This document shows, piece after piece, positions 17,033 through 23,338 of a DNA stretch of 33,382 nucleotides. The DNA comes from a virus, in the IMG/VR virus record IMGVR_UViG_3300045988_125345, positions 1 to 33,382 of that record. The stretch is one strand, 5' to 3'. The translations under genes were made by a program, and so were the position numbers. Under the pieces are notes generated by a model that did not search any database, had not been told where the DNA came from, and was given only the letters and a program-made list of their open reading frames with translations. Position 1 is the stretch's first letter. The number at the start of each line of letters is the position of its first letter.

Positions 17033-19290
17033 GCCGTTTCCTTAACGCTCTTCCAGATGCCTTCGATTTCGGCGTCTCCGAGTCCGCTGATGTGGCCGCG
17101 GAGCACGAGTTCGTCGTGGATGCTGGCCTCGTTGTCCTCGTGGTTGTGGAGGCGTCCCCACGCCCACCGGTAGAGCGTGTCGTTGCGGCGTCCTTCGGGC
17201 ACCGGCGTGAGGTCGGGCCGTCCGTTGCGCGGCGCGCCCTCCTTGACGGCGGTGGTCGGCTTCGGCATTGGTTCGACGCCGTATCCGTGGTTGACGAGCC
17301 ATTCGAGCAGTTCGACCGGGGCCTCCTGCACTTCGGTCTCGTCGCCCACCAGACGGTAGAAGCCGACGCCTTCGATGTTGGAACCGGCTCCGAGCACGTA
17401 GCCGCGTCCGTCCACCTTCACGTCGACTGGGATGCCGTCGGCGTGGTTGGTGTTCTTAAGCTTGCCAGTCCAGCCTTCCGGGAGCCGGTAGTAGGCGTGG
17501 ATGCCGCCGTGCGTCGGCGTGTGAACCATGAGTGTCGGGGTGAGCATGGGGCGGAGGATGTTGTATCCGTGGCGGCTGTGCTCGTCCTTCGGCGCGTCCA
17601 TGTCGAGGATGATGTTGCCGGGTTGCGGGATGACGGCGTACACGTCGCCTTGGCCGATTTCCACGACATCCTCCTGCTTGCCGTTCTTCCAGTTGCGGAC
17701 GGCCTTCGGGTTGTCCGGGTCGGTCGGCTCCTTGTGGAGCTTGAAGCCTTCGGGGGCCTTGACGTTCACGATTTCGCCGTCTTCGGTGAGGCGCTTTTCC
17801 ATGTCGGTCTGGATTTCAGGCACGGGCAGGTCTTCGAGCAGGGGGAGGCGGCTTTCGTTCATCTCCTTCTCGTAGCGTTCGCGGTAGGGGGCGAAGCGGT
17901 CTTCGTCGATGACCACGCGCACGGAGCACACCTTGCCGTCGATGCGCTTGCTCCGCAGTCCGACGCCGAGCATCTTGTACGTGTCGCCGCTGGTATGGCC
18001 GAGATACGGGCATGCGCGGGTGTCGGCGAAGCCGTTCTCGCAGATTTCGTTGACAATCCACATGGCGCGCTCGTCCAGCTCCTGCTCGGAGTCGTTGAAG
18101 CTGATGTCGCGGCGGATGTCATCGTCCAACGGCTTGTCGGCCCAGAGCATCGCGCTCGCGAGCATGAACGGGGTCATGCCGTACTTGTCGATGAAGTCGG
18201 CCAATGGTTGCATCTGCTCAGGGGTCTTGCGGCCCGCGAACATGACGGGTACGAGGCGGCGCATGTTGGCGTCGCCGTTGCTTGTGGCGAGCGGGTGGTT
18301 GCTTGCGATGACGAGCGTGGCCTGCGAGCGCACGTTGACGCTGTTGCGGCCGACGCTTCGCGCGTGGATGGTGTCGCCGGTGGCGATGCGCTTGATGATG
18401 CCCATGTCCTTGTCGGTGAGCATGTCGCCTTCCTCGTCGTACGCCCAATAGCGTCCGTCGAGCTTCAGCGCCTCGTTGCCGCTTTCGAACACGCTCGTCG
18501 AGTTGAGGGCCTTGACGCTGATGCCGCTGGCCTTGTCCGGGTAGGCGTCGCCCAAGCGTCCGAGGAGGAAGCTCTTGCCGTCGCCGCCGTGCCCGTAGAA
18601 CACGTAGAAGAGATGCTTGTACGGTTCGAGGAAGGGGGTTGCGAACATGCGGAGGAGGTTTTCGCGGCTCGCGTCATCGTCGGCGGCGAGCTTGGCGATG
18701 AACTTGTTGGCCTGTTCGACGATTTTCTTGGTCTTCTTGGAGTCGTACAGCCATAGGCTATCGTCCACGTACAGGTACGCGCCGTTATCGTCGGCTTTCC
18801 CGACCACGACGGTGCGCTTGCCTTGCGGATGGAAGGCGGTGTTGCCGAACCGCATTCCACGGACGAGGCGGGGGAGTTTGAGCATTTCGGCCCGGAACAT
18901 CGGTTCGAGGTTGCGGACGGCGTGGATGCCGGTAGGGAAGTCGAACTCCTCGGACAGGCTGGAGATTGGATGCCACGTGTTCGGCATGTCGCCGCCGAGC
19001 CAGTTGGTGTCGCGGGCGTACATCGTGTCGCCAGCTTCGTCGAGGCGCAGGTCGCCGTTTCTGAGCGACCAGAACGCGTCGTAGTACGCGTCCGCCCAGC
19101 GGGGCTTGCCGGTTTTGTCCATGACAGGCATGGCGACGGTCTGGAGCCGGGCGTCGGTGAACGTGTACTCGTCGTTCGGTCCGGCCAAGGTGAGGCCGTT
19201 GACCTCGCGGGCCAGTCCGTTCGGGATGTTCCGGTACGGCCGGATGTCGATGGCCGGCGGGTCTTGCGGCTTGCGGAAAGTGTGACACAT
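17029..19290 (-). CDS. Replicative helicase-primase fusion: N-terminal D5/P4-type SF3 NTPase, C-terminal Prim-Pol plus a PriCT-like domain
   Basis: The start ATG 19290 lies 6 nt after AAGGAG. The Walker A is YVFYGHGGDGKSFLL, followed by ...KRIATGDTIHARS...LVIASNHP. Later come NIILDMDAP...HTPTHGGIHAYYRLP...VDVKVDGRGYVLGAGS (Prim-Pol) and PEGRRNDTLYRWAWGRL (PriCT-like). Confidence 0.85.
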   Translation of the reverse strand: MCHTFRKPQDPPAIDIRPYRNIPNGLAREVNGLTLAGPNDEYTFTDARLQTVAMPVMDKTGKPRWADAYYDAFWSLRNGDLRLDEAGDTMYARDTNWLGGDMPNTWHPISSLSEEFDFPTGIHAVRNLEPMFRAEMLKLPRLVRGMRFGNTAFHPQGKRTVVVGKADDNGAYLYVDDSLWLYDSKKTKKIVEQANKFIAKLAADDDASRENLLRMFATPFLEPYKHLFYVFYGHGGDGKSFLLGRLGDAYPDKASGISVKALNSTSVFESGNEALKLDGRYWAYDEEGDMLTDKDMGIIKRIATGDTIHARSVGRNSVNVRSQATLVIASNHPLATSNGDANMRRLVPVMFAGRKTPEQMQPLADFIDKYGMTPFMLASAMLWADKPLDDDIRRDISFNDSEQELDERAMWIVNEICENGFADTRACPYLGHTSGDTYKMLGVGLRSKRIDGKVCSVRVVIDEDRFAPYRERYEKEMNESRLPLLEDLPVPEIQTDMEKRLTEDGEIVNVKAPEGFKLHKEPTDPDNPKAVRNWKNGKQEDVVEIGQGDVYAVIPQPGNIILDMDAPKDEHSRHGYNILRPMLTPTLMVHTPTHGGIHAYYRLPEGWTGKLKNTNHADGIPVDVKVDGRGYVLGAGSNIEGVGFYRLVGDETEVQEAPVELLEWLVNHGYGVEPMPKPTTAVKEGAPRNGRPDLTPVPEGRRNDTLYRWAWGRLHNHEDNEASIHDELVLRGHISGLGDAEIEGIWKSVKETA

Positions 19291-19334
19291 GATTGTCTCC
19301 TTCGTGGTAGAGTTGTTTTCGTTGGCAATCCCAA

Positions 19335-19445
19335 CCCTAGCACACTCGCCAAGAGTTCGCAACTACGGCATTTCGGAAATCGTTTGGTTTCCAGTCTCCT
19401 TGTGGGCCGTAGGAAGCGTAGGCGAGTGTTCTAGGGTTTTTTTTT
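19335..19445 (+). other. Nested long stem-loop followed by a T9 run, lying in the leader of the primase operon. On the plus strand it looks like an intrinsic terminator.
   Basis: ccctagcacactcgcc (19335-19350) pairs with ggcgagtgttctaggg (19421-19436), 15 of 16. An inner stem ctacggc/gccgtag is also present. Then ttttttttt follows at 19437-19445. Confidence 0.4.
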
Positions 19446-19461
19446 GCCCTTTTTTATGTGA

Positions 19462-19498
19462 ACACGACTTGACAACCGTGTGGCGGATGGTGTATACG
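19462..19498 (+). promoter_or_regulatory. Rightward promoter P0 (TTGACA-N17/18-TATACG), facing the ORF-free region
   Basis: acacgacTTGACAaccgtgtggcggatggtgTATACg. The core is homologous to P3 (ttgacaaccgt...atggt(g)tatac). Confidence 0.4.
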
Positions 19499-19524
19499 CG
19501 CGCGCGCACGCGCGCCTCACGCGC

Positions 19525-19553
19525 TTTATATAGATAAAGGACACAACAACAAC
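19525..19553 (-). promoter_or_regulatory. Candidate leftward promoter for the primase/structural operon (TTGTTG-N16-TATAAA)
   Basis: The minus strand reads ttgttgtgtcctttatctatataaag. The -35 hexamer lies inside the (TTG)n tract. This is the only sigma70-like match I see upstream of 19290. Confidence 0.25.
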
Positions 19554-19561
19554 AACAACAA
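19544..19561. repeat. (CAA)6 trinucleotide microsatellite
   Basis: caacaacaacaacaacaa, read directly from the sequence. Confidence 0.95.
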
Positions 19562-19666
19562 CCCTTATATACCTACACCTACACACTACACTTATTGGGC
19601 TTTGAGAGGGGTCAGCCTCATGCGCACGCGTGATACACCTCGACACGCCAAAAGTCAAGGACTTGC

Positions 19667-19788
19667 TGTGACTATTGGCCCTCGAATTTATCGAAATCGA
19701 CTGTGATTTTCGTCACATTTTCACATAGCTCGCAACTCATTCACAGTTCCATCACAGAATCTATTGCCCCTAACTTGAGTTGTCCACA
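19667..19788. promoter_or_regulatory. Cluster of DnaA-box-like TCACA/TGTGA motifs including one perfect TTGTCCACA; candidate replication origin
   Basis: This is a locally AT-rich stretch. TGTGA occurs at 19667 and 19702. TCACA occurs at 19713, 19721, 19741 and 19752. TTGTCCACA lies at 19780-19788. Confidence 0.4.
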
Positions 19789-20391
19789 GGCTCAGCGTTG
19801 GAAATCCGCCAAAACCAAGACGCCCTCGCATGACTTGGCCGCGCTACTCGAATAGCAACGGCCTGACCGCCGACCAACATGGTCGCCGATTCCTCGAAAC
19901 CGTTGGAACGACGCCATTCCCAGATGGTCGTGGCGCGGGCTGGCCGAATCTTCACAATTGCCCGTTGACCGCAGATTTTCGGCGTCGCACGGCCTTCGCT
20001 GTGTCACGCATGGACTGCGACACAGCCATGGCCGCATGCGGAGCAATTTCCTGACGTCGGGAAAATGGTCGCGCGGGCCTTCTGGAGACGGCCGCATCCA
20101 CCATGGCCGCAACTGCCGGAGGCGTGGAATCGAATAAAGGCGTCTCTGAGGGCCTTTTAGCGCTGGCATGTAAAAGTATTAGGGTTCGGCGTGAAAGCCC
20201 GTCTAAGGCCCCAAAGAATCGCTCTCAGATGGCACCATTGCCCATTCGCCCTCGTCGGCGCAATTGGCAAGGCGTGCGGTGAGGCTCCGGCGTGTCCTTT
20301 TTCCGGCACCCCCCCCTGCGTCGGGGTGTCTCTCCCTGTCTGTTATTGGGAATCGTTCTCGTTTTGTCGACGTGTCGGCGGCGTCCATGGG

Positions 20392-20612
20392 TTAACCGCG
20401 TTAACGTCTCAATCGGGTTAACGTATCAACCAAGTTCATGCGTTAACCAAGTTCATGCATTAACCGTGTTGATGTGTTAACCGTGTTGATGTGTTAACCG
20501 TGTTCATCTGTTAACCGTGTTCATGCATTAACCGTGTTCATCTGTCAACCACGTTCATGCATTAACCATGTTCATGCGTTAACTGGGTTCACTCCTTAAC
20601 CGGGTTCACGTC
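20392..20612. repeat. Iteron array: 11 tandem 17-bp units in exact register (20426-20612) plus 3 degenerate TTAAC half-units upstream
   Basis: Units start at 20426, 20443, 20460 ... 20596. The consensus is TTAACCGTGTTCATGCR. Two adjacent units are identical (ttaaccgtgttgatgtg). Confidence 0.9.
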
Positions 20613-20625
20613 GACGTCGCGTTAT

Positions 20626-20640
20626 TGAGAACAGTTCTCA
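20626..20640. promoter_or_regulatory. Perfect 15-bp palindrome TGAGAACAGTTCTCA abutting promoter P1 (operator candidate)
   Basis: 7-1-7 dyad located 12 bp upstream of the P1 -35 hexamer. Confidence 0.5.
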
Positions 20641-20681
20641 CGACACGCCGACTTGACTCACGGCACCAAATGCGGTATATT
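20641..20681 (+). promoter_or_regulatory. Early promoter P1 (CGACACGCC element, TTGACT-N17-TATATT)
   Basis: cgacacgccgacTTGACTcacggcaccaaatgcggTATATT, followed by the AAGGAGG RBS and ATG 20708. Confidence 0.65.
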
Positions 20682-20707
20682 AAAACCATCAACCAAGGAG
20701 GTACGAA

Positions 20708-20890
20708 ATGCACAAGGCACTTAATGGCAAGGGATATATCAAGGACGGAGAAGGGGTGTTCGTCACCACGTCGGGCGAGGTGTACGCCTACCGCGACGGG
20801 GAGCTGACGCCATCCACCGCAACCGAAGACCCGAAGGCGTACGTCGAACTGGCGCGCGGCATGTTCGCCCGAACGACACGCCGCACTTGA
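20708..20890 (+). CDS. Early hypothetical protein (60 aa)
   Basis: AAGGAGG lies 7 nt upstream. This is the first gene after P1. Confidence 0.6.
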   Translation: MHKALNGKGYIKDGEGVFVTTSGEVYAYRDGELTPSTATEDPKAYVELARGMFARTTRRT

Positions 20891-20915
20891 CATCCAACGC
20901 CAAGTCAGGTATATT
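20874..20915 (+). promoter_or_regulatory. Early promoter P2 (CGACACGCC element, TTGACA-N17-TATATT)
   Basis: cgacacgccgcacTTGACAtccaacgccaagtcaggTATATT. The stop codon of the preceding gene lies inside the -35 hexamer. Confidence 0.65.
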
Positions 20916-20943
20916 AAAAGCATCAACCAAAGGAGTGATTAAA

Positions 20944-21315
20944 ATGGGTGACTATCTTGGACAGTTCGAACTTCAGGCGCTGTACGACTCGCGCCAGTCG
21001 TTCTATGGCAAGGCGTTCGTGGAACGCTGGGACACGGAGCACGGCACGCAGTACGTGCTCAGGTCATACGGCACGGTGGTGGCGAAGGTCACGCCGACGT
21101 ACGCCGATGGCGAGTCCGAAACGTACGACGTCGAGGTGGGCATGCGGTATCTGAGCGCCACCACGTTGCGCCACGTCAAGGAGTTCCTTGCACAGACGGA
21201 CGTCGTATTCAAGGGCATCACGCTGGCGTGGTTGCGCAAGGCCATCAAGGACGGCCGTCCTATCGCGGGCGTCGAGTCCTCGTATAGCAAGACGTATACC
21301 GTCAAGGCAATGTGA
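20944..21315 (+). CDS. Early hypothetical protein (123 aa)
   Basis: ATG 20944 follows AAAGGAG. The motifs YDSRQSFYGKA...LRSYGTVVA...LSATTLRHVKEF look like a conserved phage/plasmid family that I cannot name with confidence. Confidence 0.65.
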   Translation: MGDYLGQFELQALYDSRQSFYGKAFVERWDTEHGTQYVLRSYGTVVAKVTPTYADGESETYDVEVGMRYLSATTLRHVKEFLAQTDVVFKGITLAWLRKAIKDGRPIAGVESSYSKTYTVKAM

Positions 21316-21318
21316 GCG

Positions 21319-21360
21319 CGACACGCCGACATTGACAACCGTATACCACATGGTATACCA
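21319..21360 (+). promoter_or_regulatory. Early promoter P3 (CGACACGCC element, TTGACA-N16-TATACC)
   Basis: cgacacgccgacaTTGACAaccgtataccacatggTATACCa, followed by the AAGGAG RBS and ATG 21389. Confidence 0.5.
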
Positions 21361-21388
21361 AAGATATACAAACCAAGGAGTGATTGAA

Positions 21389-21610
21389 ATGCGTAAAGAA
21401 ACATTCATCGACAACATGAAGGCACGCGGATACGAATTGCGGAACGTCCGCAACGGCAACGTGATTGCGAGGAAAGGCGACATCACAATCAGGTGGGTCA
21501 CGCTCGCGAACTATGGCGTGTACATCGACACGCCAACCGTGACCGCTCTCACCGACGAGAACGCGACGGACGAAGAGACGATGCGGATAGTCGACGCCCT
21601 GACGGCCTGA
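21389..21610 (+). CDS. Early hypothetical protein (73 aa)
   Basis: ATG 21389 follows AAGGAG. The longer track ORF from 21188 would span P3. Confidence 0.6.
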   Translation: MRKETFIDNMKARGYELRNVRNGNVIARKGDITIRWVTLANYGVYIDTPTVTALTDENATDEETMRIVDALTA

Positions 21611-21614
21611 CTAT

Positions 21615-21659
21615 CCAGCCCTAGCGGCACACGTGCTGGTTCGAGTCCAGCAAGGGCAC
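21615..21659 (+). other. tRNA 3'-end-like element (canonical T-arm plus 7-nt acceptor-like strand) with a competing upstream CCAGC
   Basis: GCTGG-TTCGAGT-CCAGC (21635-21651) is a canonical T-arm with G53, the TTCGAGT loop and C61. It is followed by aagggca-c. An additional CCAGC at 21615-21619 can pair with the same GCTGG. Confidence 0.3.
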
Positions 21660-21698
21660 TAGACAACATAAGCCATCTGTTATTAAGAAGTGGTTGAA

Positions 21699-23309
21699 AT
21701 GGCTGACAGAATTGCAATCCTAGGCGGGGAGCCGTATGGCGAGTGGATTAAGCGCGACAGCCAAGCGCAAAGGCTGTACCGCGAGTATTGCGCCAAGTGG
21801 CCGGACGGTAACGCCGAGTGCTTCGTGGCCGGAGAGGACTTCTACGTCCGCCTCAACAACGGGAAAATGCGTTACGTCGACAGCGCCGACGACTTCGATG
21901 ATGAGGCCGCGTGGTGCGCGCAGTGTGGCGTGCCGGTTGACGTCGACAGTGGCGACTACTGCATCTGCGACGCCGATGATTGCGACGCGGTTCCCTGCAA
22001 GTACTGCGGGGGCGACATGCTGGGAGACTACTATTGCCCGCGTCACCGTGGATACGACGTGCTGAAGTACGTCAAGGAGCCGGAATACGTCTACCCCTAC
22101 GCGTTCGGGGACGGTGACCAATTCACGTTCGGCGTCGAGATTGAAATTGAGTCCGAACTGTCCGAAGAGTTTGCCGAAGGCGTCAAGGAATCCGACTTGG
22201 TTGCCGGCTGGGACAGTGACCAGTCACTCGACGCGGGCGGCATTGAGTTGCAGAGCAACATCCTTGACATGTCCAAACTGTCCGCGTTGCGTGAGTTGGT
22301 TGAGGACATCCCGGAATGCGGGGAGAACGCGGGCGGCCACATCCACGTTGCCCGCACGCCAAACCAGTGCGCTAGCCGCTGGTACTGGGCGCTACGCGGA
22401 CTGGATATCGCGCAATGCCAGCGCCTCAACATGCGCCACATGGGTGATGATTATTGGTGCACCCTCACCCATGGCGACTACACGGGCAAGCACGTGGCCG
22501 TCAACGACGAACACGCGGACACTATCGAACTTCGTACGTTCGACTGCTGGTATGCGGGTACCGCGGGCAAACTCGTCCCGGCCGTCAAGTGGATTCGTGC
22601 CATGTGGCGCTTCTTCGAGAAGTACCCCCGCGGCACCATTGAGGCCGCCGCCATCGAACAGTACTCTTCGTGCGTGGCCGACAACGTGACCGACACGCCC
22701 CGCCGCACGCTCGAAGAACGGCTTGCGGACGCCCACCGCGCCGCCGCCGCACGCAAGGCGGAGGAGGAGTGCGAGCGCGAGCGCCGCGCCGACGAAAACC
22801 GCCGCCGCGTCGAGAAGAACGTGAGGGAGTCGCGCCGCGCGCGTAAGAGCCATGGCGACTCAACCGCGGCCATCATTGCATGGCGCGAGCACGGGAAACG
22901 CCGCGAGCGCGGCCGCGAGCGCGTCGAGGAAAACCTCGCCAGCGGCTACTGCGTCTACGCGTTCCCGTCCCGCAATCTCAAGCCGTTGCACATCTACTTG
23001 CGCATGGTTGACGCGAGACTCGAACGCGGCGGCACGTTCCGCAGTCTGAGCAACTTCTTCATCTACCACCCATACGACGGGGCGACGGTGTGGGACGGTT
23101 ACGCATACTTGTACAGACCTGAAGGCGATACCGTCGCGCGGGTGGTCAACAATATCATCCGCAGCCGTATCGCACGCGCGTCCCACGGCACGCCGACGAG
23201 GGAATCACTGGAGCGCACAGCGTTGCGCATCTACAAGCACATCGGACGTCCCGAATTGAACGAACGCTACGCGCAGATTCGCAAGAATCTCGCGCGCGGC
23301 AACAACTGA
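21699..23309 (+). CDS. Amidoligase_2-type (glutamine-synthetase-like COOH-NH2 ligase) multidomain protein
   Basis: The motifs FTFGVEIEIESE ... SLDAGGIELQSNIL ... ENAGGHIHVA are present. There is a Cys-rich N-terminal region (CAQCG..CICD..CKYCG..CPRH), a very charged R/E helix (aa ~345-400) and an extra C-terminal domain. The start is ATG 21699 or GTG 21690. Confidence 0.7.
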   Translation: MADRIAILGGEPYGEWIKRDSQAQRLYREYCAKWPDGNAECFVAGEDFYVRLNNGKMRYVDSADDFDDEAAWCAQCGVPVDVDSGDYCICDADDCDAVPCKYCGGDMLGDYYCPRHRGYDVLKYVKEPEYVYPYAFGDGDQFTFGVEIEIESELSEEFAEGVKESDLVAGWDSDQSLDAGGIELQSNILDMSKLSALRELVEDIPECGENAGGHIHVARTPNQCASRWYWALRGLDIAQCQRLNMRHMGDDYWCTLTHGDYTGKHVAVNDEHADTIELRTFDCWYAGTAGKLVPAVKWIRAMWRFFEKYPRGTIEAAAIEQYSSCVADNVTDTPRRTLEERLADAHRAAAARKAEEECERERRADENRRRVEKNVRESRRARKSHGDSTAAIIAWREHGKRRERGRERVEENLASGYCVYAFPSRNLKPLHIYLRMVDARLERGGTFRSLSNFFIYHPYDGATVWDGYAYLYRPEGDTVARVVNNIIRSRIARASHGTPTRESLERTALRIYKHIGRPELNERYAQIRKNLARGNN

Positions 23310-23315
23310 GACTAT

Positions 23316-23338
23316 CGGGGGCGGGAACGTCCCGCCCC
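23316..23338 (+). terminator. 10-bp all-GC hairpin between the amidoligase and amidotransferase genes (attenuator or processing-site candidate)
   Basis: gggggcggga-acg-tcccgccccc, followed by accgttt. There is no long U tract. Confidence 0.4.

Noticed and set aside
19830-20054. A 74-aa plus-strand ORF (MTWPRYSNSNGLTADQ...) and the overlapping minus-strand ORFs 19792..20169 and 19770..19955 in the control region.
   Set aside because: There is no Shine-Dalgarno sequence and GC3 is only moderate. The compositions are R/P/C/W-rich and the ORFs overlap each other. I treat the region as non-coding, although a small protein from 19830 cannot be strictly excluded.
20134-20158. aaaggc-N10-gccttt as an intrinsic terminator ending a P0 transcript.
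   Set aside because: The stem is only 6 bp and half of it is A-U. The T residues are part of the stem rather than a trailing tract. It is too weak to call.
20392-20612. The 17-bp tandem repeats as a CRISPR array.
   Set aside because: The units are directly adjacent with no spacers, the repeats are too short and degenerate, and there are no cas genes. I interpret them as iterons or binding sites instead.
20626-20640. The palindrome TGAGAACAGTTCTCA as a LexA (SOS) box.
   Set aside because: Actinobacterial SOS boxes are TCGAAC-N4-GTTCGA, whereas here the GAAC/GTTC halves are 1 bp apart. I kept it as a generic operator candidate.
21595-21659. A complete tRNA gene around the GGTTCGAGTCC motif.
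   Set aside because: Only 65 nt are available. The acceptor pairing is 5 of 7 with mismatched ends, there is no room for both D and anticodon arms, and no 5-bp/7-nt anticodon stem-loop can be drawn. I kept it only as a tRNA 3'-end-like element.
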